Shown here: positions 51,551 through 64,000 of the stretch, piece by piece
Layout of the letters: each line of letters opens with the position of its first letter
Numbering within the stretch: the first letter of the stretch is position 1
Source: Mobula hypostoma
Taxonomy: Eukaryota
Direction of reading: 5' to 3'
DNA: 64,000 nucleotides
Assembly: GCF_963921235.1 (NCBI RefSeq)
Contig: NC_086108.1
Coordinates: 51,214,001-51,278,000 of the forward strand
Notes under the pieces: generated by a model
Seen by the model: the letters and a program-made list of their open reading frames with translations, nothing else
Told to the model about the DNA's origin: nothing
Databases searched by the model: none
Made by a program: the position numbers and the translations under genes

Positions 51551-53100
51551 AAACCAACTGAAGGATTCCTAAAATATCAGTGAAATAAATTGATATAAAT
51601 CACTGGATGGGGATGGGATTGCCATCTTAAAATTCACTGATCTACCAAGGCTCAGTTCATGATTCTCAGTATTATAATCAACTGATTCTACCATAGTAAA
51701 TTTAAAAACCAAGTAACAACTTTGGTTTATAAAAAAACAAAATAACAACTTTGATTAATAGGAAATAAAAACAATATAGCTTAGAAAAATATATAAATAA
51801 TTTATCTCAGTGGCGATGACAGCTCTCCTTAAAAATCTTATTGCCACTTTGCTGTTAGATTACTAAATGTTTTATAATGAAATGGGCATGCATCATCTGA
51901 ATTCTAAAAAAAATTCAGGAATTTGTTTTGATTACCAATTCGCTCTTTTTTAATATAATGCTCAGCCAAAAATTATACCAACACCAAGAATGTTGCATGT
52001 GTATCTATTCTGTCATGACATTTTTTTGCACAGTTTATTGCTTGATCGGGGGGGGGTAGGTAATTTTCATTTAAAAACCATAAAATTGTAGATGTAAATA
52101 CTTATATAAAAACATTAAATAGAAAAACATAGTCCATTTATTGCAGAAGTGAACATGATGCCATTATATACAACTCAGATGTCTTTCATTCTTTAATACA
52201 ACTCATAGAAAATTCTAACTATTTCACATACACTATAGCATACTTAATCATTTTTGCTCTGATCAAAGTCTCTTAAAATAATATTGTTTTATATTTAATA
52301 TCAGAGGATGGGAAAGGCCAAGTTTACTGCTTATAAGGAATTTAATAAAGTGAGGAATGATCAGAATGCAAACCTTTTTTCGCCATGCTACCCAATTATA
52401 CACTTGGGGTTTTAAATACAAATATTAAATAGGCATAGCCAAAGGATATTCTGAAATATCCAAAGCATAAATCTTTTTGATTTTTGCTTTCCACCTCAGT
52501 AACTTTAAATGACATCTCAAAAATTATGTTTTCAATCCATAGTTGGCAGAAACCCATTAATACATTTTAACCTTCCATAGTTTACAATCATTTTAAGTGT
52601 CTAAACAATTGCAACTCACAGGCTCAGAAAGATGCACAATTAGAAATCTTGACACCTAATTTATTCTACAGTAACAGGAAAATTAGATGTCATAGTTGAG
52701 TTAAAAAAGAAAATGAAGTTGAATACATTTAACAACAAGGTTGTGTGCGTACAATTTCTGGAATCCCCATCTGCACTGTTCTGACAGACACATTTATCTT
52801 AGTACTGTGGGTGTAAAAGCAAGACCATACTGCACAAGGGCAATCAGGCCTCAAGTGGCAAATCCGAAGGCTCTTCACATTGACCTCCCTTGTGGCCCAC
52901 CGCTGTCATAGACCTTTCAAATATCCAGCAGAGTGTGGGAGATTAAATGGGCAAACATCCTACCTCAAGCACATTCCTGACAGTAATTCAACATTCAATA
53001 CTCAAGCTGCAGAGATTTCTCACCATTCATATGCTTCATAGATCTATCTATTTTTACAAATGTCATGATGTGATCTGATCATCAACCTTGGTTCACTCAT

Positions 53101-53255
53101 GGAGGGAGTATGGAGGGAAGGTGGGGGTATGGAGGGAAGGCTGGTACAGGGTTCTGAGTTGGATGATCAGCCATGATCATACTGAATGGCGGTGCAGGCT
53201 CGAATGGCCAAATGGCCTACTCCTGCACCTATTTTCTATGTTTCTATGTTTCTAT
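53101..53255 (+). mobile_element. CR1 3' UTR stub
   Basis: Near-identical to 28895-29021, including the ttctatgt tail; short tandem duplication at the 5' end. Confidence 0.85.
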
Positions 53256-53739
53256 TCATTGCATCCAATCCAGTAAAAATTATCTGTAGAATTTCAAAAC
53301 ACACTTTGTCTGATTAAAATGTTCACATGTGGACTGCTTAACTTTAAAAATGTAACGCAGTTAAATATTAAACTACAAGGTTTTTGAGGATATAACTGGT
53401 AGAACAGTTCAGGGAAAAACCACTAGATGTGATGTGATGTGATGAATTTGTGTACATTATCAGAAGTGATGCACATGTATTATCCAAAAAAACCTTTAAT
53501 GAAGTCCTATGTGAAAAGTTAGTGAGAGAAATTAAAGTATATGAGTACTTGCATGAATCAAAATGTGGTTAATAAGAATACAGAGATACATGCAATAATA
53601 TAGCATGGAAATGGGCCTATCTTGTCCATGTCAACCATGGTCCCCACCAAGCTAGCCCCTGCCTATATTTGGCCCACAAACCCCTCCTATCTATGTACTT
53701 ATCCAAATGCCTTCCCCAAGATAGTCAGCCACCCTCCCA

Positions 53740-55130
53740 ATCGGATCCCACAGGGGTCAGTATTTGACGTTGTCATTACTCACAATATATACCAATGATT
53801 TAGATGAGCGAACAAAATGTAATATCTCAAGGTTTGCTAATGACACCAAACTGGGTGTAATTGTGACTTATCAGAAAGATGCAAAAGGGCTTCAAGGCAA
53901 CTAAAACTGAGTGAGTGGGTATAATAGCTTAGTGAATGCCATATAACTTGCATAAAGTTATACCCCCTCTGGCTATCCATCCAATAGGATGATGATGGTT
54001 CCTTTCAGTTAGTGAGGTTTAGGATATCCCACTCCTCAGAAAGGAACAGCGTGTGCGTGAATGGATTTAGGTGAGGAGGGGGTTGCACAGGTCCAGACCC
54101 ACCCTCACAACATCCCCTCCCAGATCCAGCAGCATGGTGGGGTCTAAGACGGCTGGAGGTAGTTCTATTGCTGTGAATGGCCAGACCAAGCTTTGATGCA
54201 AGGGATGCCCTTTCCACGCTTCACGGCACGTTTGCTAGATGGCCGTTGACCCTACGAGGGTTCATCCGCCCTTTGACAGGTCTTGTTTTTCGTCCTGCAG
54301 GGTGTCTAGCCACCCTCCTCACCAGGCAAGCCTGGTGGGGGGAGCCAGTTTAGTCACCGACCACCTGACTATGCAACAGGTAGGACTGGGTTACATGGTA
54401 CCAGTAGCACTCAAACGAGTGACCTGACTACTGTACACAATACTGTACTAAAAGGAGAAAGACAAGATTACTATGGTGAGATTGGGAAGAGTTGATATTC
54501 ACCAGTCACTGAAAACATGCAGGTATAGTAAACAGTGACTAAGACAAATAGTATGCGAGTTTTCATAGCAAGGATGCAAGAGACAAGAATACCTTGCTCA
54601 AATTATACTGGGCCTTGGTGAGACCACACTTGAAGCACTGAATACCGTTTCAGTCTCCTGTCTGAGAAACCATATATGCTATGGACAGTGTGTAACTTTA
54701 TGAAGCATGACTAAGTCAACGACATTTATATTCACATAAATTTCAAAAAATATGAGGGGATCCAACTTAAACTGAAAATCCTGACTTGCTTAAAGTAGCT
54801 TGATCCAAGGAGCATGTTCACCTGGCAAGGATGCTTAGATTCATGTTACAGGGTAAGAGATTTATGACTGGGCTGAAGAGAAATTTCTTCAGTTAAAGGG
54901 TGGTGAACTTATGGAATTCCGTGAGCTGTTGTGGCCACTATCAAATATACTTAAGGAGGACACATTTAAACATCCAGATGTAATATCATCAAAGGTAATG
55001 GGGGAGGAAAGGGGAAAGAGAGGAAATATACTTTAAAGCTAATGAACACCCATGACAGTATTGAATACTGGAGCATAGTTGATTATTTGAAGGGTTGTAT
55101 GTTCTACTTCCGCTCTTGCTTTTCCTTTTC
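53740..55130 (+). mobile_element. Old CR1 RT remnant interrupted by an unclassified insert (about 53963-54430)
   Basis: ISRFANDTKLG and ALVRPHL motifs, then a degenerate 3' UTR. Confidence 0.7.
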
Positions 55131-55429
55131 CAGGTTAAATTCATTAAGTCTGATATTTCAGATTTAAAACCTCACATTTAATGTAGTATTCAAAGAATAA
55201 CAGCGGAGTTCGAGTTCTTCTGATGTGCTAACCAACATCTGAGTCTCAACCAATCAATATAGAAATGCATTTGCTTGTGGGATATTGTTATGCACAACTT
55301 GACTGCTATTACTCCAGTATTTCTCTTCTAAGATGTCCCTTCCATTATCACTGTGATTACAATCTGAAAGGTACTTCATTATCTGTAGAGCACTTTTCAG
55401 CCATCTTCAGAAAAATTGAAAATAAAAAG

Positions 55430-55615
55430 AGATGTTGCAAATCTGAAATAAAAACAGAAAATGCTGAAAATATTCAATAGGTCAGGCAGCACCTATGGAA
55501 AGATAAACGTTGCTTCAGTCTGATGAAATCACTTGGCATAAAGAGTTAACTCTGTTTCCCTTTCCCTAAAGGTACTAACTGACCTACTGAGTGTTTCCAG
55601 TATTTTCTGTTTTTA
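55430..55615. mobile_element. Old palindromic Penelope-derived mini-element
   Basis: aaaaacagaaaatgctgaaaatattcaataggtcag pairs with ctgacctactgagtgtttccagtattttctgttttt; residual agtCTGATGAA at about 55517-55527. Confidence 0.65.
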
Positions 55616-55749
55616 TAAAAGTTACAACACTGGCAACTATCCTTGATTTCAATGGTATTACCACATCAAGTCTCAAACAAACCCAATAAGCTATATTGAA
55701 ATGCAACAAATTTGGAATGGGCACATTAGACCAGGATGACCAATAAGTA

Positions 55750-57706
55750 CAACACAGTAAAGACGAGTGGGAAGCCGGAGGATTAGGAAACTTTTAAAGA
55801 GCAACAGAAGGTAACTAAAAAGGCAATACGTGGAGAAAAAATGAGGTACGAAGGTAAACAAGCCAAGAATATAAAGGAGGATAGTAAAAGCTTCTTTAGG
55901 TATGTGAAAAGGAAAAAAAATAGTTAAGACCAAAATTGGGCCCTTGAAGACAAAAACGGGTGAATTTATTATGGGGAAAAAGGAAATAGCAGATGAGTTG
56001 AACAGGTACTTTGGATCTGTCTTCACTAGGGAAGACACAAACAATCTCCCAGATATAATAGTGGTCAAAGGACCTAGGGTAATGGATGAACTGAAGGAAA
56101 TTTATATTAGGCAGGAAATGATGTTGGATAGATTGTTGGGTCTGAAGGCTGCTAAGTCCCCCGGGACCTGATGGTCTGCATCCCAGGGTACTTAAGAAGG
56201 TGGCTTTAGAAATCCTGGATGCATTGGTAATCATTTTCCAATGTTCTATAGATTTAGGATCAGTTCCTGTGGATTGGAAGGTGGCTAATATTGTCCCTCT
56301 CTTCAAGAAGGGACGAAGAGAGAAAACAGGGAATTATAGACCAGTTAGCCTGACGTCGGCGGTGGAAAAGATGCTGGAGTCAATTATAAAAGATGAAATT
56401 ACGACACATCCGGATAGCAGTAACAGGATCGGTCTGAGTCAGCATGGATTTACGAAGGGGAAAGCATGCTTCACTAATCTTCTGGAATTTTTTGAGGATG
56501 TAACCATGAAAATGGACAAGGGAGAGCCAGTGGATTTAGTGTACCTGGACTTTCAGAAAGCCTTTGATAAAGTCCCACATAGGAGATTAGTGGGATTGGG
56601 GCACATGGTATTGGGGGCAGAGTACTGACATGGATTGAAAATTGGCTGGCTGACAGAAAACAAAGAGTAGCAATTAACGGGTCCCTTTCGGAATGGCAGG
56701 CGGTGACCAGTGGGGTACCACAGGGTTCAGTGCTGGGATCGCAGCTGTTTACAATATATATTAATGATTTAGATGAGGGAATTAAAAGTAACATTAGCAA
56801 ATTTGCAGATGACACAAAGCTGGGTGGCAGTGTGAAATGTGAGGAGGATGTTATGAGAATGCAGGGTGACTTGGACAGGCTCGGTGAGCGGGCAGATGCA
56901 GTTTAATGTGGATAAATGTGAGGTTATCCACTTTGGCGGTAAACAGGAAGGCAGATTATTATCTAAATGGAGTCAAGTTAGGAAAAGGGGAAGTACAATG
57001 AGATTGAGGTGTTCTTGTACATCAGTCACTGAAAGCAAGCATGCAAGTACAGCAGGCAGTGAAGAAAGCTAATGGCATGCTGGCCTTCATAACAAGGAGA
57101 ATTGAGTATAAGAGCAAAGAGGCCCTTCTGCAGTTGTACAGGGCCCTGGTGAGACCACACCCGGAGTACTGTGTGTAGTTTTGGTCTCCAAATTTGAGGA
57201 AGGACATTGTTGCTATTGAGGGAGTGCAGCGAGTGCAAGGTTAATTCCCGGGATGGCGGGACTGTCATATGTTGAAAGACTGGAGCAACCGGGCTTGTAT
57301 ACTCTGGAATTTAGAAGGGTGAGAGGGGATCTTATTGAAACATATAAGATTATTAAGGGATTGGACACGCTGGAGGCAGAAAGCATGTTCCCGCTGATGG
57401 GTGAGTCCAGAACCAGAGGCCACAGTTTAAGAATAAGGAGTAGGCCATTTAGAACGGAGTTGAGGAAAAACTTTTTCACACAGAGAGTGGTGGATACATG
57501 GAATACTCTTCCCCAGAATGCTGTGGAGGCCAAGTCTCTGGATGCTTTCAAGAAAGAGATGGATAGAGCTCTTAAAGATAGCGGAATCAAAGGTTATGGG
57601 GATAAGGCAGGAAATGGATACTGATTGTGGATGATCAGCCATGATCACAGTGAATGGTGGTGCTGGCTCGAAGGGCCGAATGGCCTACTCCTGCATCTAT
57701 TGTCTG
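55750..57706 (+). mobile_element. CR1 LINE 3' 2 kb, frameshifted
   Basis: KSPGPDGLHP, NYRPVSLTS, QHGF, YLDFQKAFDKVPH, SGVPQGSVLG, KFADDTK, RGDLIE; tail ctattgtct. Confidence 0.93.
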
Positions 57707-58089
57707 TTGAGTTGAATTAGTTTCTTTTTGTGTCTGTCTCAGCTCCTTTGAAGTCTAGCAAATTCAGATATGACAGCAACAAATATATGAAAAGTTTGAA
57801 TTATTCTGAATGAAAAACTTCGAAAATGCTTTCCTTAATGATTCAAACTTGAGAAATTCTATTTAAATCTTCAACAGAATAAAGCTTTCATGCAGTAAAG
57901 GCAATACTGCTAAAAACATTTTTAATGCAGATAAATTAGCTTCTGATATTTTACCATTCAAAAACAAATATATGCTCATGCATTTTTTTAAATGGCTCTT
58001 TTTGCATCTGCCATTAACTTCCTTTGGAAGTCTGTCAAGGAATATGCCAAAGTAATCAAAATTCTTTAAAGCACAAGATTGTCAACATA

Positions 58090-59988
58090 TGAACCAACAG
58101 AAGGCAACTAAAAGTCAGAAGGTAAAGATGGAATATGAAAGTAAGCTAGCTAATAATATTAGAGATTACCAAAAGTTTCTTCAGATACATAAAGTGTAAA
58201 AGAGAGGCAAGAGTAGATATCAGACCACCAGAAAATGATGCTGGAGAGGTAGTAATGGCAGACAACGAAACGGCAGATGAACTGAGTAAGTATTTTGCAT
58301 AAGACTTCACTGTGGAAGACAGTAGCAGTATGGTGCAAGTTCCAGGGGTCATGAAGTGTGTGAAGTTAACATAACTAGCAAGAAGGTGCTTGGAAAACTG
58401 AAAGGTCTGAAGGTAGCTAAGTCACCTAGTCCAGATGGGGTATACCCCAGGGTTCAGAAAGAGGTGGCTGAAGAGATTGTGGAGACATTAGTAATGATCT
58501 TTCAAGAATCACTAGATTCTGGAATGGTTCCGGAAGACTAGGAAAATTGCAAATGTCACTCCATTCTTCAAGAAGGGAGAGATGCAAAAGAAAGGAAATT
58601 GTGGGCCAGTTAGTCTAACCCATGGTTGGTAAGATGTTGGGAGTCAATTATAAAGGATGAGGTCTCAGGGAACTTGGGAGGAACATAGTAAAATAGGCTG
58701 TAGTCAGCATAGTTTCCACAAGGAAAAATCTTGCCTGACAAATCTGTTGGAATTCTTTGAAGAAATAACAAGGATAGACAAAGGAAAATCGGTTGATGAT
58801 ATGGACTTGGAATTTCAGAAAGCCTTTAACAAGGTGCCACATAAGGATGCTTAACAAACTACAAGCCTATAGTATTGCAGGAAAGATTCCAGCATGGATA
58901 AAGCAGTGGCTGATTGGCAGGAGGCAGACTGGGAATAAAGGCAGCCTTTTCTGGTTGGCTGCTGATGACTAGTGGTGTTCCACAGGGGACTGTGTTGGGA
59001 CCGATTCTTTTTAGGTTATATGTCAATGATTTGGATGATAGAATTAATGGTTCTGTTGCAAAGTTTGCAGACGATATGAAGATAGGTGGAAGGGCAGATA
59101 GTTTTGAGGAAGTAGAGAAGCTACAAAAGGGCTTAGACAGACAGATTTGGAGAATTGGCAAAGAAATGGCAAATGGAATGCAGTGTCGGGAAGTGTATGG
59201 TCATGCACTTTTGTAGAAGAAATGAAAGGGTTTACTATTTTCTAAATGGAGAGTAAATACAAAAAACTGAGGCACAAGGGTCTTGGGAGTTCTTCGGCAT
59301 TCTTGGGCAGGATTCCCTAAAAGTTAATCTGCAGGTTGAGTCTGTGGTGACAAAGGCAAATACAATGTTAGCATTAATTTTAAGAGGATTAAAATATAAA
59401 AGCAAGAATGCAATGTTGAGACTTTATAAAATCACTTGGAGAACTGAGAGCAGATTTGGGCCCCTTACCTTAGAGAGGATGTGCTGAAACTGAAGATGGT
59501 TCAAAGCAGGTTCACAAAAATGATTCCAGGATTGAATGGCTTGTCACATGAAGAGCATTTGGTGGTTCTGAGCCTGTATTCACAAAAATTCAAAAGAATG
59601 CAGGGTGACCTCATTGAAACCTATCGAATGGTGAAAGGCCTTGATAGAGTAGATGCGAAGATGATGTTCCCTGCGGTGGGAGAGTCTAAGACCAGAGGAA
59701 ACAGATTCAGAATAGAGGGGCATCCTTTTAGAACAGAGATGAGGAGGAATTTCTTTGGCCAGAGTGGTGAACCTGTGGAATTCTTTGCCACAGACAGCAG
59801 TGGAGGCCAAGTCTTTATGTATATTTAAGGCAGAGATTGTTAGATTCTTAATTGATCAGGACATGAAGTGATACAGGGAGAAGGCAGGCAATTGGGGCTG
59901 AGAGAAAAACTGGATCAGCCGTGACGAAATAGCAGAGCAGACTTGACGGGCCAAATGGCCTAATTCTGCTCCTATATCTTATGGTCTT
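58090..59988 (+). mobile_element. CR1 LINE 3' 1.9 kb (second subfamily), frameshifted
   Basis: KSPSPDGVYP, SCLTNLLEFFE, SGVPQGTVLGP, KFADD; tail ctgctcctatatcttatggtctt. Confidence 0.92.
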
Positions 59989-60107
59989 GTATCACAAAAT
60001 TGCAAGACAATTCCTTTATCAAAAAAAAACTTTGACCGTAAAATAAAAGTGGAAGAATTTTTACCTTCTCAATACAGTTCAGAATTAATTTATCATTTTT
60101 ATCTTCA

Positions 60108-61775
60108 TGTGAGCTGCCTTAATGACTATCGCCCAGCAGCACTCACATCAACAGTGATGAAATGCTTTGAGAGGTTGGACATGACTAAACTGAACTCCAG
60201 CCTCAGCAGGGACCTGAACCCACTGCAATTTGCCTACTGCCACAATAGGTCACTGGCAGACACAATCTCCATGGCTCTCCACACAGCTTTAGACCACCTG
60301 GCCAACACAAGCACCTATGTCAGGATGCTGTTTATCGACTATAGCTCAGCATTTAATACCATCATTCCCACAACCTTGATTGAGAAGTTGCAGAACCTGA
60401 GCCTCTGTACCTTCCTCTGCAATGGATCCTCAACTTCCTAACCGAAAGACCAGAATTGTGTAGATTGGTAATAACATATCCTCCTTGCTTTGTGGGCACG
60501 TGGCCAAGTGGTTAAGGCATTCGACTAGCGACCTGAAGGTCCTGAGCTGAGGCAGCGTGTTGTGTCCTTGAGCAAGGCACTTAACCACACATTGCTCTGC
60601 GACGACACTGGTGCCAAGCTGTATGGGTCCTAATGCCCTTCCCTTGGACAACATCGGTGTCGTGGAGAGGGGAGACTTGCAGCATGGGCAACTGCCAGTC
60701 TTCCATACAACCTTGCCCAGGCCTGCGCCCTGGAGAGTGAAGACTTTCCATGGTCTCGCAAGACTAACAGATGCCTTTGTTTATCCTCCTCGCTGATGAT
60801 TCACACTCAGGGGTGTGTGCTTAGCTCACTGCTCTACTCTCTATATACACATGACTGTGTGGCTAGGCATAGTTCAAATACCATGTATAAATTTGCTGAC
60901 GATACAACCACTGTTGGCAGAATCTCAGGTGATGACAAGAGGGTGTACAGGAGTGAGATATGCCAACTAGTGGAGTGGGGACCCAGCAACAACCTGGCAC
61001 TCAACATCAGTAAGAAGAAAGAGCTGATTGTGGACTTCAGGAAGGGTAAGATGAAGGAACACATACCAATCCTCAGAGAGAGATCGGGTGGAGAGAGTGA
61101 GCAGTTTCAAGTTCCTGGGTGTCAAGATCTCTGAAGATCTAACCTGGTCCCAACATACAGATGTAGTTATAAAGAAGGCAAGACAGCAGCCATCCTTCAT
61201 TAGGAGTTTGAAGAGATATGGTGTGTCAACAAATACACTCAAAAACTTCTATAGATGTACCGTGGAGAGCATTCTGACAGGTTGCATCACCGTCTGGTAT
61301 GGAGGGGCTACTGCACAGGACCGAAAGAAGCTGCAGAGGGTTGTAAATCTAGTCAACTCCAGCTTGGGTACTAGCCTACAAAGTTCCTGGGACATCTTCA
61401 GTGAGCTGTGCCTCAGAAAGGAAGCGTCCATTATTAAGGACCTCCAGCACCCAGGGCATGCCCTTTTCTCACTGTTACTATCAGGTAGGAGGTACAGCTG
61501 CCTGAAGGCACACACTCAGTGATTCAGGAACAGTTTCGTCCCCTCTCCCATCCGATTCCTAAATGGACATTGAACCCTTGGACACTACCTCACTTTTTAA
61601 AATATATATTATTTCTGGTTTTTGCACAATTTTTCATCTATTGAATATATGTATACTGTATAAAGTATACTGAATAAGATTTGCTTATTTATTATTTTAT
61701 ATTTTTCTTCTGTTATGTATTGCATTGAATTGCTGCTAAGTTAACAAATTTCACGTCACATGCCAGTGATTCTGA
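60108..61775 (+). mobile_element. Rex1/Babar-clade LINE (RT and 3' end); a second 3' end follows at about 61885-62118
   Basis: [68 protein letters not shown]; gattctgattct tail. Confidence 0.9.
60490..60781 (+). mobile_element. tRNA-derived CORE-like SINE (same family as 41421-41727; B box deleted)
   Basis: A box TGGCCAAGTGG and the same body. TSD tatcctcct(t/c)gct at 60477-60489 and 60782-60794. Confidence 0.88.
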
Positions 61776-62317
61776 AGCCTTTTCACAATACCAATCAACA
61801 CTAATGTTATCAGAAAGAGAAAGATTGTTCTTTAGCAATAACCAGTTTTCGAAATTGTAGGTAGAGCTGTGCTAACTAGTGTTGCTGTTTTTTTAAATAT
61901 ATAGTATTTCTGGTTTTGCACTTTTTTTGAATCTATACAATATATGCATGCTGTAATTGATTTACGTATTTATTATTATTTTTTATTTTATTTATTATTT
62001 TCTTTAAAATTTTACTTATTTTTTTTCTCTTCTATATTATGTATTGCATTGAACTGCTGCTGCTAAATTAACAAATTTCACGTCACATGCTGGTGATAAT
62101 AAACCTGATTCTGATTCTAATGTTATAGTAATTACATTTAATCACCAATTTTTAAAGTTAAGTTTAAGAGGGTGGAAATTAAATAACTTCAGCCTCATTT
62201 TTAATTAAAATTAATAATTTATTATTGTGCCTTTTATTTATTAATTTTCAATTAACCAATGCCTGGGACAAAACGTGAATATAAGCAAACTTGGAAGACA
62301 AAAGCAAGAGACATATA

Positions 62318-63290
62318 CAGTGGTGAGAAAGTTTTTGAATTCTTTAGTATTTTCACTATGTCTGCATAAACAGGACTTAAAATGTGATCAGACCTTCATG
62401 CAAGTCCTAAAATTAGATAAAGAGAACCAGTTATATAACACAAAAAACATTGTACTTATTTATTTATTAAGAAAACTGATCCAATATTACATGTATTTGT
62501 TGGAAAAAGTATGTGAATCTCTAGGATTATTCGATAATTTAAAGGGGAAACTAGAGTCAGGACCAGAACAGCTTGGCATCATTGATGGAACTATGAATTC
62601 TGAATTGTACCAGCAAAATCTACAGAAAAATGTCAGGGTATCCATCCATGAACTGAAACTCAAGAGAAAGTGAGTCATGAAGCAAGACTCTGCTCCTTTG
62701 TCTTGTGATCTCTGCTCCTTTGTCTTGTGATCTCTGCTCCTTTGTCTTGTGATCTCTGCTCCTTTGTCTTGTCTTGTGAAGCAAGATAACAACCCTAAAC
62801 ATTCAAGTCAGTCTACCAAACAATGGTTAAAGCAGAGGAAATTTCACATTTTAGAATGGCCAAGTCAAAGACCTGACCTTAATCCTATAGAAATGTTGTC
62901 GAAGAACCTAAAGCAAGCAGTTCATGCCAGGAAGCCCACCAACACCCCAGAGTTGAAGCAGTTTTGTAAGAAGGAATGGCCTAAGATTCCTCCAAGCCCA
63001 TGTGCAGAACTGATCAACAGTTACCAGAAACATTTGGTTGAAGTTATTGCTGAACAAGGGGGTCACACCAGTTACTGAAAGCAAAGGTTTACATACTTCT
63101 TTCAACAAATACATGTAATATTGGAACATTTTTCTCAATAAATAAAAAGTACAATTTTTGTGTTATTTATTTAATTCGGTTCTCCTTATTTAGTTTTAGG
63201 ACTTGTGTGAACATTCGTTCACATTTTAGGTCATATTTATACAGAAATAAAGAAAATTCTAAAGGGTTCACCAACTTTCCAGCACAGCTG
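62318..63290 (+). mobile_element. Tc1-like transposon, internally deleted, with long (about 200 bp) TIRs
   Basis: TA-CAGTG...CAGCTG-TA; long inverted ends; C-terminal transposase QDNNPKH...WPSQRPDLNPIE (DD34E-type). Confidence 0.9.
62688..62776 (+). repeat. 22-bp tandem repeat (about 4 units of ctctgctcctttgtcttgtgat) flanked by a 10-bp direct repeat
   Basis: Read directly; TGAAGCAAGA at 62678-62687 and 62777-62786. Confidence 0.9.
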
Positions 63291-63471
63291 TAATTGAAAC
63301 AGGAACTATCAAAAGGACTTCTCCAAAAATAACAATAAAAACATTGAAATGAAAAGAGCAAAGGCAGCAAGTAAACATAATCTAGTCAAAAGTAGCAAAG
63401 GACATATCCTTAACAACTGAAGGCATTTTTTTTTGGAGGAGTGGGAGATGGAGGTGGAAGACAGGGAAAAT

Positions 63472-63600
63472 ATAGTGGATTCTGGTTAATTGAGACATAT
63501 TGGGACCAGTACATTTTGGCCCAATTAAGCAGCTGCCCCAATTAGACAAAATTTCATGAAAATAGTTAAAAACATATAAAAAAAGGCAAATTACCACTGA
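63472..63600. mobile_element. End of a Tigger-like family 2 element, followed by an unclassified GC-richer sequence to the window edge
   Basis: tagtggattctggttaattg...ggcccaattaagcagctgccccaattag is similar to 19055-19175. Confidence 0.6.
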
Positions 63601-64000
63601 ACGAAGGCAAAGCTTAGGAGGGTTAATGGCACCTAACAGCCACTCCTTTGCTTGCATCTTCGGAAACAGCTCTACTTCCATCTTTAATATCTCTATTTCT
63701 CCCTTTCAGGCTTCTTTTGAAGACCCTGACCTGGAGTTACATGCTGACTATGGTTCTTTGTGGGAATTGGACCTGCTCTCAGGGTTCCATAACTGGCCGT
63801 TGTTCAGCACACCAAAGACTCGGTCTAACAGTTCGGCTTGAATTCAGAAGCCTAGGATCTCGGGGCTCCGGAGACGGGCAGATTGAGGGTCGGTGCCACG
63901 ACAGGAGACCTGTGTGTGTCATGGGGGGAGTCGGGATATCTGCTGTGTGCCTAGAGACCTGGGATCATTGCGATCTTCAGGCACAGAGCTAAAAAAAAGC

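Noticed and set aside
62688..62776. CRISPR-like array
   Set aside because: Units are contiguous with no unique spacers, there are no cas genes, and the context is eukaryotic.

Overview
Eukaryotic, repeat-dominated vertebrate DNA. The host is most plausibly a cartilaginous fish; this is an inference from the CR1/Penelope/Rex-Babar/pogo-rich repeat mix and the protein divergence. The only host gene I can support is KIFAP3 (kinesin-associated protein 3) on the minus strand. Four internal coding exons (49052-49183, 24493-24647, 4284-4342, 363-504; 488 nt in total) splice in frame with canonical GT-AG ends. They correspond to exons 2-5; exon 1 and exon 6 onward appear to lie outside the window. 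The introns hold nested, mostly dead transposons: a full-length L1, near-complete Nimb/I-clade and RTE LINEs, many CR1 and Rex/Babar pieces, a solo LTR, tRNA-derived SINEs, four copies of a Tigger/pogo family, a second pogo family and two Tc1 remnants. The most notable signal is a Penelope-like (RT + GIY-YIG) system. One 5.1-kb insertion (7045-12173) has two tail-out inverted arms inside a single 13-bp target-site duplication (TSD). Three non-coding 134-238-bp mini-elements carry 12-14-bp TSDs. All four carry the same minimal hammerhead-ribozyme motif, and two of the mini-elements repeat the foldback architecture. Family names come from motif recognition, not database searches, and boundaries of old repeats are approximate.
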